Assembly (NCBI GenBank): GCA_963695095.1
Contig: CAVOFT010000001.1
Span: 224,001-288,000, forward strand
DNA: 64,000 bases
Direction: 5' to 3'
DNA from: an uncultured bacterium
GTDB lineage: Bacteria; Krumholzibacteriota; Krumholzibacteriia; JACNKJ01
Made by a program: the position numbers and the translations under genes. How positions within the stretch are numbered: the stretch's first letter is position 1; the number at the start of each line of letters is the position of its first letter. Positions 1-8,042 of this stretch are shown piece by piece. A model generated the notes under the pieces. The model did no database searches. It had not been told where the DNA came from and worked only from the letters and a program-made list of their open reading frames with translations.

Positions 1-603
1 AACAAGCTCTTCTGCAACGAGAATGGCGGTCCGCACTGGGTGCAGCTCGACCTCGAGGGCACCGAGTCCAACCGCTGCGGGCTGGGCGCCTGGATTCACC
101 TGCGCGCTGGCGGGCAGGACCAGTATCGCCAGGTGGGCGGCGATGCCGGCTATCTCTCGCGCAACAGCCTGACGGTTGCCTTCGGCCTCGGCGATGCCGA
201 CACCATCGACCTGCTCGAGATCCGCTGGCCGAACGGCATGGAGATCTCCTACACCGGCATCGCTGCCGATGCCCGCCATCTGCTGCGGGAGGACGCGACG
301 GCCGTCGAGACGGCGGCCGCGCCCGGCTTCCTGCGGCTGGGCAGCCATCCGAATCCCTTCAACCCCAGCACGAGCATCGTCTTCAGCTTGCCCGTGGCCG
401 CGGGCGTCGACCTGGCGATCTACGATCTCAGCGGCCGCTGCCTGCGCGTGCTGGCAGAAGGGGCGGCCTATCCCGCCGGCGAGCATTCCCTGCGCTGGGA
501 TGGCCGCGACGGCGCCGGCCGCGCCTTGGGGTCGGGGGTATACTTCTGCCGCCTGCGGGCGGCAGGCGAGAGCGTCAGCCTGCGGCTGCTGCTGTTGAAG
601 TAG
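1..603 (+). CDS. Secreted ASPIC/UnbV (CRTAC1-like) protein with C-terminal FlgD-Ig/T9SS-type tail, 5' partial
   Basis: Frame is open from base 1. ASPIC/UnbV-like HWVQLDLEG...GYLSRNS...FGLG...IRWPNG, then HPNPFNPST...WDGRD...SGVYF...LLLLK. Confidence 0.85.
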   Translation, partial: NKLFCNENGGPHWVQLDLEGTESNRCGLGAWIHLRAGGQDQYRQVGGDAGYLSRNSLTVAFGLGDADTIDLLEIRWPNGMEISYTGIAADARHLLREDATAVETAAAPGFLRLGSHPNPFNPSTSIVFSLPVAAGVDLAIYDLSGRCLRVLAEGAAYPAGEHSLRWDGRDGAGRALGSGVYFCRLRAAGESVSLRLLLLK

Positions 604-609
604 AAGCGG

Positions 610-637
610 CGGCGGCGACACGCGGATGTCGCCGCCG
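610..637. terminator. Hairpin between convergent genes
   Basis: cggcggcgaca-N6-tgtcgccgccg, perfect 11-bp stem; no U-tract. Confidence 0.5.
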
Positions 638-653
638 GACGCGCAGTCTCGGC

Positions 654-1814
654 TCAGGCGGACGCGCTGCCCTGCTCGCGGCGGATCCAGAGCGCGAGGA
701 AGCGATCGGCGATGAGGTAGGAACCCTCGTCGCGATCGATCAGATCGCGGGCGAGCAGGGTCGCGGTCGCGCGTTGCACGCTCGAGGCGGAGCTGAGCGC
801 GTAGCGGGTGAAGAAGCTCGCCGCGGTGACGCTCGGCCCGGGCGGGTCGAGCGCAAGCCCCGTGAGCAGTCGCCGCTGGTTCAAGGTCAGCGACTCCCAC
901 TGCGCGCTGTAGGCGTGGCGCTCGCGCGCAAGCAGCAAGTCGAGCGCCTCCTCCACCAGATCGACGTCGGCGGCCTGTCCGCGCTCGCAGAGCTCCCAGA
1001 CTGCGTGGCAGAGGTGCTGCGTGTAGAAGGGATGGCCGTCGGTGAGCGCGCAGAGGTGGTCGATCACGAGGTCGTCGATCGCGCGATCGCCCGCGGCAAA
1101 GCGCTCCCGGATGAAGGGCCGCCAGTACACCGTGGCGATGGGCCCCAGGGGATAGTGCCCACCCGCACGATAGAGGGGGCGACTCTGATCCAGCAGCATG
1201 CTCTGCAGCAGATGCTTGCGACTGCCGAGGAAGACGTAGGCGGCGTCGGACTGCGCCTGCACGGCGCTGCGCAGCGTGCGCTCGACGAGGTCGCTGTCGT
1301 ATTCGAAAACGCGCTGGAACTCGTCGAAGACGACGACGAGGCGCAGGCCCCGGTCTGCGGCCGCGCGGGCGGGCGCGGCGAGCACCTCTTCCAGCTCGGG
1401 CCCGGGGTCGCGCTGATCGCCCACGCCGACACTCAGCGTGGGCTTGCCCGCGTCGTCCACGCTGAGCACGGGGCGCAGGCGCGAGATGTAGCGCGTGAAA
1501 GCCTGCAGACGCCGCTCGGCCGTGCTCTCGAGGCGCTCGGCAAAGGCCTGGGCGAGGCGGCGGGCGAAGCTCGCCGCGCTCTCGGTGGGCCAGAGGTCCA
1601 CGTAGAGCTTGAGGTAGCGATCCGGCGGCAAGCCATCGAGAGCGCGCAGCACCAGCGAGCTCTTGCCCATGCGCCGCTCCGAGAAGACGAAGAGCCGCTC
1701 GCCGTTTTCCATGGCGCGGGCGAGGTCGGCCCGCTCGCGCTCCCGGTCGCAGAAGGCCTCGGGGCCCACGATCTGCCCATAGCGAAAGGGGTTGCGCACG
1801 GCCTCTCCGATCAT
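654..1814 (-). CDS. AAA-family ATP-binding protein (archaeal-ATPase-like) with probable C-terminal wHTH
   Basis: NPFRYG..V...FCDRERE start, Walker A-like SERRMGKSS, Walker B VVVFDEFQ, GHPFYTQ. Confidence 0.85.
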   Translation of the reverse strand: MIGEAVRNPFRYGQIVGPEAFCDRERERADLARAMENGERLFVFSERRMGKSSLVLRALDGLPPDRYLKLYVDLWPTESAASFARRLAQAFAERLESTAERRLQAFTRYISRLRPVLSVDDAGKPTLSVGVGDQRDPGPELEEVLAAPARAAADRGLRLVVVFDEFQRVFEYDSDLVERTLRSAVQAQSDAAYVFLGSRKHLLQSMLLDQSRPLYRAGGHYPLGPIATVYWRPFIRERFAAGDRAIDDLVIDHLCALTDGHPFYTQHLCHAVWELCERGQAADVDLVEEALDLLLARERHAYSAQWESLTLNQRRLLTGLALDPPGPSVTAASFFTRYALSSASSVQRATATLLARDLIDRDEGSYLIADRFLALWIRREQGSASA

Positions 1815-1890
1815 ATCAATTGGCGTAACGCAATATGCGTAACGCGTGGTGAGATATCAAGAGTGCCATGCTAAATAGGCGATAGGCGAC

Positions 1891-1925
1891 TTGACAGGTT
1901 AAGTATCGTGTACTACAATGTACAC
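1891..1925 (+). promoter_or_regulatory. sigma70 promoter with overlapping palindromic operator
   Basis: TTGACA(1891-1896)-N17-TACAAT(1914-1919); GTGTAC/GTACAC inverted repeat flanks the -10. Confidence 0.8.
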
Positions 1926-1928
1926 ACT

Positions 1929-2306
1929 ATGGCAGACGAAGCACTTAGCAAGGAAAGCCCCTTCGGCGCCACCGTCCGCGAGCTGCGGGAGGCCCGCCAG
2001 GCCGGAGACCGCAGCTTCTCCCTGCGGCAGCTGGCCCAGCGCATCGGCGTGGAGCCCAGCTACCTCAGCAAGGTGGAGCGCGGCGAGACGCCGCCGCCCT
2101 CCGAGGCGAAGATCCTGCTCCTGGCGCGCGAGCTGGGCGAGGACCCGGACCTGCTCCTCGCCCTGGCCGGCAAGGTCTCCAGCGACCTGCAGGCCGTCAT
2201 CCGCCGCCGCGCGGCGCTCTTCGCCGCCCTGATCCGCGAACTCAAGGACCTGCCCGACCAGGCCGTCCTCCGCCTCGTGCGCGAGGTGCGCGACGGCGAC
2301 TGGTAG
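1929..2306 (+). CDS. XRE-family helix-turn-helix transcriptional regulator
   Basis: FGATVRELRE...SLRQLAQRIGVEPSYLSKVERGE..PPSE; ATG 1929 lies just after the promoter. Confidence 0.9.
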   Translation: MADEALSKESPFGATVRELREARQAGDRSFSLRQLAQRIGVEPSYLSKVERGETPPPSEAKILLLARELGEDPDLLLALAGKVSSDLQAVIRRRAALFAALIRELKDLPDQAVLRLVREVRDGDW

Positions 2307-2320
2307 AAAGCGAGACCGCC

Positions 2321-3301
2321 ATGATCGAGCTTCGCCACGATGCCCTCGAGATCAGCTTTCCCGAGCTGCACAAGGATGCGCGCCTGCGCATCGACTTCCA
2401 GCGCACCCTGCGCCTGCCCGACGACGGTAGCGAGTACCCGCTGCCCGCCGGCTTCGGCAGTTTTCCGCTGCGCCACGTCGACGACTTCGCCGCGCGCCTG
2501 CCCGAGCGCTGGCGGGCTCACGGCGGCGTCATGCTGCCCATGTACCAGGCCGAGGCGATGTGGCTGAACTTCGAGAGCCCCGAGGACTACCCCTTCGCCG
2601 TGAAGATCGCCGCCGGCAAGATCAACGCCGTCAGCGGCGAGTCCTGGCGCGAGGGGCTACACCGTGATCCCCAGGACTACTGCGCCCTGCCCGGCCAGCC
2701 CTGGCTCGACGGCTTCTGCGTGGAGAAGGGCATCGTGCGCCAGTTCGTGGCGGCGCCGCTGGGAGCGGGCGCCACGGTGGAGGAGCAGCTCACGGGCGAG
2801 GCCGAGCACGGCGGCCTGCAGATCCTGGTCCATCCACTCAAGGCGAAGATCTGGCAGCGCGAGCAGCGCGCCCTGCATGCCGAGCTTGCGAAGGGGCCCC
2901 ATGTCGACGCCTACGCACTGCGCGCACTGGACATGGGCCTCGCCCCCGGCGGCCGCATGCGCCAGGAAATCTACCGCGACCGGCGCGATCTCGCCGACTG
3001 GGACCAGCGCCTGCGCGCGCGCTGCTTCGTTCACATCGCCGGCAGCCTTGCCTGGCGGGGCATCACCGGCGAAATGCCGCCGCGCCGACCGCTCGGCAGC
3101 AAGGACTATTCGGCCTTCGGGATCCCCTGGTTCGATTACTACGATGCCGAGCTCGAGGCTCTGGGCGGCGCCGCTGCCCTTGCGGGGCTGAAGAGCATGG
3201 GCCAAGTTACAGGTCTGCTGCGCGACGATGAGGCAGCCTGGGTCGGCTCGCCGATTCGGCTCAAGGATGAACGCGGGGCGAAGAGCGTCCGCGAGTTCTA
3301 G
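2321..3301 (+). CDS. Conserved hypothetical protein (FQRTLRLPDD/QPWLDG family)
   Basis: 326-aa ORF with host-like codon use; motifs FQRTLRLPDDG, PMYQAEAMW, QPWLDG, RQFVA, TVEEQLTG, PWFDYY. Confidence 0.8.
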   Translation: MIELRHDALEISFPELHKDARLRIDFQRTLRLPDDGSEYPLPAGFGSFPLRHVDDFAARLPERWRAHGGVMLPMYQAEAMWLNFESPEDYPFAVKIAAGKINAVSGESWREGLHRDPQDYCALPGQPWLDGFCVEKGIVRQFVAAPLGAGATVEEQLTGEAEHGGLQILVHPLKAKIWQREQRALHAELAKGPHVDAYALRALDMGLAPGGRMRQEIYRDRRDLADWDQRLRARCFVHIAGSLAWRGITGEMPPRRPLGSKDYSAFGIPWFDYYDAELEALGGAAALAGLKSMGQVTGLLRDDEAAWVGSPIRLKDERGAKSVREF

Positions 3302-3345
3302 ATGGGGGCCAGCCGCGGCGCGCGGACTGGAATGCTACTTGCCTT

Positions 3346-3387
3346 GGCTCCCGGCAGGCCCCCGGCCCCGGGAGCCTGTTTCCTTTA
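3346..3387 (+). terminator. Possible intrinsic terminator
   Basis: ggctcccgg-N13-ccgggagcc followed by tgtttccttt. Confidence 0.35.
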
Positions 3388-3504
3388 TGAGAGCTTTCGC
3401 CAGGCATTGAATCAGCGTCGGGGCTCGCGCGTAACCATCCTCGGCAATCGGGTGTCTAACGACGCGGAGTACCCGAGGTCCTGCTCCTTCCCCACGAGGT
3501 TTTC

Positions 3505-3852
3505 ATGGCATTCCAGCTTCTTCACGTGGACTCAGAACGCCCGGTCCAGGATGTGGCCCTGCTGCGCCTGCGCGGCCGCCTGTCCGGGCCGGGCGCCGGC
3601 AAGAAGGTCATCGAGGCCGCAGGCGACCTGCAGTCCGCCGTGCGCCTGCTGATTCTGGACATGACTGCCGTCGAATACATGGACGGCACCGGCCTGGGCG
3701 CACTGGCCCAGGTCTGCTGCACGATGCGCGCCAGCAAGCGCCGCCTCGTCATCACCGGCATGAATGGCCGCGTGCGCGGCATCCTCGCGGCGGCCGACAT
3801 GCTGCCTCTGCTCGAAGAGGCCGATTCCGCAGCGGCCGCCATGTCCGGATGA
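3505..3852 (+). CDS. STAS-domain anti-sigma factor antagonist
   Basis: LILDMTAVEYMDGTGLGAL STAS signature; RBS gagg. Confidence 0.85.
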   Translation: MAFQLLHVDSERPVQDVALLRLRGRLSGPGAGKKVIEAAGDLQSAVRLLILDMTAVEYMDGTGLGALAQVCCTMRASKRRLVITGMNGRVRGILAAADMLPLLEEADSAAAAMSG

Positions 3853-4502
3853 GCGCGCCGAATCCCTGGCTGCGCGTGAGCGCCGCGGACTACGAAGGCC
3901 ATATGGCGCACCCGAGCGTGGATCAACTCGACTTCCTGGCCGCGCGCTTTGCGGACGCCCTGCGCGAGTTCGCGCCGCGGCGGCTCGCCCTGCTCGGCTG
4001 CGCAACGGGCAATGGCCTGGAGCAGGTCGACCCCGAGCGCGTGGAGCGGGTGCTCGGCGTGGACATCAATCCCGAGTACCTCGAGGTCGCCGAGGCACGA
4101 CACCGCAGCCGTTTGGGGGAGCGGCTCATCCTGCGCCGTGCCGATCTCGGCGACCCCGTCGCCGCGACGGCGGCCCTGGCGCCCGGCGATTTCGACCTCA
4201 TCCATGCGGCGCTGCTCTTTGAATACCTGGAGGCCGCCCGCCTGCTGCCCTTGCTCGCAGACGCGCTGGCCGCGAGCGGCACCCTGGTGGTGCTGCTCCA
4301 GCTTCCGGTCGCCGATCATGGCGCCGTCACCGCCACGCCCTACACGGGCGTGCGCGTGCTGGAACCGCTCCTGAAGCTACGCCATCCGGCCGGATTCGCC
4401 GCGGCCGCCGAGGCGGCGGGTCTTCAAGGCCTGAGCGAGGAAACCCTCGCGCTGCCCACCGGCAAGCGCTTCCACCTCTCCTGCTGGCGTCGGGGCGAGT
4501 AG
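3849..4502 (+). CDS. Class I SAM-dependent methyltransferase
   Basis: LLGCATGNG motif I, GVDINPEYL, FDLIHAALLFEY; ATGA overlap with the STAS gene. Confidence 0.85.
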   Translation: MSAPNPWLRVSAADYEGHMAHPSVDQLDFLAARFADALREFAPRRLALLGCATGNGLEQVDPERVERVLGVDINPEYLEVAEARHRSRLGERLILRRADLGDPVAATAALAPGDFDLIHAALLFEYLEAARLLPLLADALAASGTLVVLLQLPVADHGAVTATPYTGVRVLEPLLKLRHPAGFAAAAEAAGLQGLSEETLALPTGKRFHLSCWRRGE

Positions 4503-4517
4503 CCGCAGCGGCGCGGG

Positions 4518-5372
4518 CTAAGCCCAGGCGCTCTTGCGCCGCTCGGTGAAGTCCGCGAGGCTGCGCGGCGCCCGGCCGATGAGACCATTGATGTCCCCGG
4601 CCACGGGCGCCGAAGCGCCGGCGCGCATGGCGGCGAAGAGAGCGCTCAGGTAGTCGAGCGAGGAGGCGGGGAGCCCCTGCGCCGCCATGGCCTGGCGCAT
4701 GTCCTCGTCGCCGATGGGCTGATAGCGCACCGCATGGCCGGTGACGCTCGCGAAGTGGGCGGCCACCTGCTCCCAGTTCAGCGACTCGGGACCGGTGAGC
4801 GTGTAGGCGCGCTCGAGATGGCCTTCCTCGGTGAGCGTGACGGCCGCGGCCTCGCCGATGTCCTCGGCGGCGATGAAGCTGACGCGCGCGTCGCCGGCCG
4901 GCAGCCCGATCGTGCCCGCCTTGATCATGCCGCTCATCCAGCCGGGGTGGAAGTTGTCGAGGAACCAGTTGGGGCGCAGGATCGTCCAGGCGAGGCCACT
5001 GGCCTTCAGGCCGGCCTCGACCTGGCCGAGGCTCGAGGCGGGCGCGTGCTCGACGCCCATCGCGCTCAGCATCACGGCGCGCTCGAGACCCGCGGCCTTG
5101 GCCCGGTCCAGCAGGCCGCGCAGCTTGGGCGCAGCGCCGGCGTCCATCGGAGCGGCCATCAGGAGGAGGCGCTCGCAGCCTTCGAGGGCGGGCGCGAAGC
5201 TGTCCGGGTCGTCGAAGTTGAGGTAGATGCTGCTCACCGAGCCGGCGGGCGGCGCATAGGATTCCGGCTTGCGCGTGGCGGCGCGCACGGTGGCGCCGCG
5301 GCGAGCGAGCGCGGCGACGGTCGCGCGGCCGACGTTGCCGGTGGCGCCCGTGACGAGGATGCTCGTGCTCAT
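4518..5372 (-). CDS. NmrA-like/atypical SDR NAD(P)H-binding protein
   Basis: ILVTGATGNVG, WTILRPNWF, AYTLTGPE; RBS aaggag before ATG 5372. Confidence 0.9.
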   Translation of the reverse strand: MSTSILVTGATGNVGRATVAALARRGATVRAATRKPESYAPPAGSVSSIYLNFDDPDSFAPALEGCERLLLMAAPMDAGAAPKLRGLLDRAKAAGLERAVMLSAMGVEHAPASSLGQVEAGLKASGLAWTILRPNWFLDNFHPGWMSGMIKAGTIGLPAGDARVSFIAAEDIGEAAAVTLTEEGHLERAYTLTGPESLNWEQVAAHFASVTGHAVRYQPIGDEDMRQAMAAQGLPASSLDYLSALFAAMRAGASAPVAGDINGLIGRAPRSLADFTERRKSAWA

Positions 5373-5503
5373 TGTCGCTCCTTTTCGGAGATGGAGGAGG
5401 GGGCTCAACACCCAAGGTAGCAAAAAGCTCCCGGCAAAGCCCGCGCGCTGGCCCCGGTCATCGGGTCTTCATATCTTGTGGCCGTGTGGAAGGGAGGACG
5501 ACG

Positions 5504-6037
5504 ATGACACTGACCCGCCCTGCGCTCCTCGGGCTCTTGCTGCTCACCGCCGCCTGCGGCAGGACGCCCGGCCCCAAGCCCTGCCTCGAGATCGCCGCTG
5601 CCGCCGGCACGCTCGAGGGCGCCTGGCGCGTGGCCACCGTGCGCTACGTGTGGGCGGACGGCAACGCCACCATTGATCCGGCGCTGCCGGGTCTCTTCCT
5701 GTTCGCGGGCGATCACTACAGTTTTGCCTGGCATCAGGGCGACGAGCCGCAGCCCGACTACGCCACGCCCTGGAAGCCCACCGATGCCGAGAAGGTGCAG
5801 AGCTACAACGCCATCGTCGTGAACGCCGGCAGCTACCGGCTAGCCGGGGACACCCTGATCACGCGGCCCTTCGTGGCGAAGACGCCGGAGTTCGAGGGCG
5901 GCGAGGCGCGCTTCACCTATCAGGTGACCGGCGACACGCTGCGGCTGGTGGGCGGGTCGATCTGGAATCACAGCGGCGAGCTGGACCCGGGCGCCGAGCG
6001 CTTCCATATCCACACCCTCTGCGTGCGCGAGCGCTAG
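5504..6037 (+). CDS. Lipocalin-like domain lipoprotein
   Basis: RBS ggagg; lipobox LTAAC; LEGAWR, NAGSY typical of lipocalin-like barrels. Confidence 0.7.
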   Translation: MTLTRPALLGLLLLTAACGRTPGPKPCLEIAAAAGTLEGAWRVATVRYVWADGNATIDPALPGLFLFAGDHYSFAWHQGDEPQPDYATPWKPTDAEKVQSYNAIVVNAGSYRLAGDTLITRPFVAKTPEFEGGEARFTYQVTGDTLRLVGGSIWNHSGELDPGAERFHIHTLCVRER

Positions 6038-6948
6038 GCGGCGGGTGGCGTGCCCCGGCGGGCCCGCGCCGGCACGAACTGCCGCCGCTTGACGACGAGC
6101 GCGAGCAGCAGCCCCGCCACGACGAGCTGCAGCAGCACGCTCACCAGCGAGGACTCCAGGCCGAAGGCGCCGCCGCTGAGCCAGCGGGGGCCGCCGAGCT
6201 CGGCTTCGAGCCAGCTTGGCAGCGCCGTGATGCCCGAGTTCGGCAGGCCGAGCACGCCGTCCTGCAGAAAATTCCAGCCCAGGTGAATCCCGAAGACGAA
6301 CCAGAGCCGCCGCGTGAGCGCGAAGCTGGCGAGGAGGAGCAGGTCGCTGATCACGAGTGCGGTGAAGGCGAGCGGGTCCATGTTGGCGTTGGCGATGTGC
6401 GCGAGGCCGAAGAGCAGCGCCACGGCGATCATGGCGACGGCCGTGCCCGTCCACTCCTCGACGAGCCGGTAGACGATGACGCGGAACATCAGCTCCTGCC
6501 CGAAGGCGCCGGCGGCGAAGGTGGCGAAGGCGGCAAGGAGCATCCAGGGCGACTCGGCGCCGGTGACCCGGTAGAAGCCCAGCAGGGCCAGCACGCCGAC
6601 CAGCGGCAGGAGCAGGAGGGCGGCGAGGCCGACGCCGGTCGCGGTTTCGCGAAGCCAGCCGGCGCGGCCGATCTCCAGGGGCCGGCGGCGCTCGATGCGG
6701 CGCACATAAAGGGCGTAAAGCCAGAGCAGCAGGGGGATGGCCGCGAGCTGCAGCGGCGTGGCGAGAATGGTGGCGCCCGGCTCGGGCAGGCGGTCCACGC
6801 CGAAGGTGACGAGCAGGGTGAGCAGACCGATCCCGGGCGCCAGGAAGAGCAGCGCCACGGGAATTCGCAGCAGGGGGAACTGGAGCAGGCGAGCCGCTCG
6901 GCTGCGGGGCAGGGCGCGCGAGAAGAGGTCGACGGGGGCGGGGTGCAT
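6034..6948 (-). CDS. CPBP (CAAX/Abi) family intramembrane metalloprotease
   Basis: Multiple TM segments; QELMFR, FGLAH, IHLGWN, GGAFGLE. Confidence 0.85.
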   Translation of the reverse strand: MHPAPVDLFSRALPRSRAARLLQFPLLRIPVALLFLAPGIGLLTLLVTFGVDRLPEPGATILATPLQLAAIPLLLWLYALYVRRIERRRPLEIGRAGWLRETATGVGLAALLLLPLVGVLALLGFYRVTGAESPWMLLAAFATFAAGAFGQELMFRVIVYRLVEEWTGTAVAMIAVALLFGLAHIANANMDPLAFTALVISDLLLLASFALTRRLWFVFGIHLGWNFLQDGVLGLPNSGITALPSWLEAELGGPRWLSGGAFGLESSLVSVLLQLVVAGLLLALVVKRRQFVPARARRGTPPAA

Positions 6949-7101
6949 CGGCGGGTCTCCAGGGTAGCTGCCGCGGGGCGGTGAAAGGCCAGCCTACGCG
7001 CTAGCCCCGGCGCGGGTACGCGCGATTGGCTCGCCCGGCGCATTACCTTTCTGGAGAAGTGCTGCTATACTTGACCGAGAACTGCGACGAAGGGAGGCGG
7101 G

Positions 7102-8010
7102 ATGAGGCACCTTCTTGCTGCAGCGCTGCTGCTCGCGGCCTGCGATGCTTTGGCGGGTTGGTGCGGGCCGGATCTCGTCTTTTTCCATGCCGGCGGCCAC
7201 CCGGAGACCTGTCGCGCCGACCTCGTGCCCCTGCAGGAGCAATCCATCGAAGTCCACCTCGTGGCCTACGACCTGCCGGGGCCGCTCTCCGAGCTGCAGT
7301 TCCGCGCCGAGAACTGGCTCAGCCCGGGCGAGCCGCCGCAGGGCGAGATTGCGGAGATGTGGGCGGCCGATGCCGTCGCAGGCGACCTGGCCACGGGGAT
7401 CACCCTCACCTGGAATGAGGGCCTGGCACCGTTTCACACGAACTTCGACGGATCGCAGAGCTTCCGCCTCGGCACGATCTCGCTGCTGCCCTACACGGCG
7501 GATTGGGCAGGAACCAACCACCAGGTGCGCTTGCGCGATCTCAGCTACAGGAATCTGGAAGGACAGGAGTTCGTCGGCGATGAGTTGGAGCATAGCCTCT
7601 TTACGCTCAATGCCGACAGCGAAAGCGAATGCATCGACTTCATCGTTGATCCGCCCTTCTTGAACTACTGCAGTTGGACCTTGATGTCCCCGCCTGATGG
7701 CGGCACGGTGAGCGGCGACTTCGTCTTCCGTGGCAAGCTGGCCTACTTCTCCTGCTGGAACTACTGGCCATACCCGGTGAGGGCGACGGTGAAGCTGAAT
7801 GGCATGCAGATCGGTGTCCACGAGGACGAGATTCTGCTCGAGCTCGAGCAGCTGGTGTCAGTGAGCGGGATCGGCGATGGGGAGAGCTTCACGATCACGG
7901 TGGAGACCGATGCGGGCTGGCCTTGCCAGCCGAGCTACACTTACACCTACACCCTGGACACCACCGCCACTGGGCGCGAGAGCTTCTCGGCGATCAAGGC
8001 TTGCTACTAG
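7102..8010 (+). CDS. Secreted hypothetical protein with C-terminal 'SFSAIKACY' tail
   Basis: RBS ggagg, signal peptide, beta-rich body, lineage-type C-terminal motif. Confidence 0.75.
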   Translation: MRHLLAAALLLAACDALAGWCGPDLVFFHAGGHPETCRADLVPLQEQSIEVHLVAYDLPGPLSELQFRAENWLSPGEPPQGEIAEMWAADAVAGDLATGITLTWNEGLAPFHTNFDGSQSFRLGTISLLPYTADWAGTNHQVRLRDLSYRNLEGQEFVGDELEHSLFTLNADSESECIDFIVDPPFLNYCSWTLMSPPDGGTVSGDFVFRGKLAYFSCWNYWPYPVRATVKLNGMQIGVHEDEILLELEQLVSVSGIGDGESFTITVETDAGWPCQPSYTYTYTLDTTATGRESFSAIKACY

Positions 8011-8042
8011 GCGCAAACGAGTGCGGGGCGATCAACCTGCGC

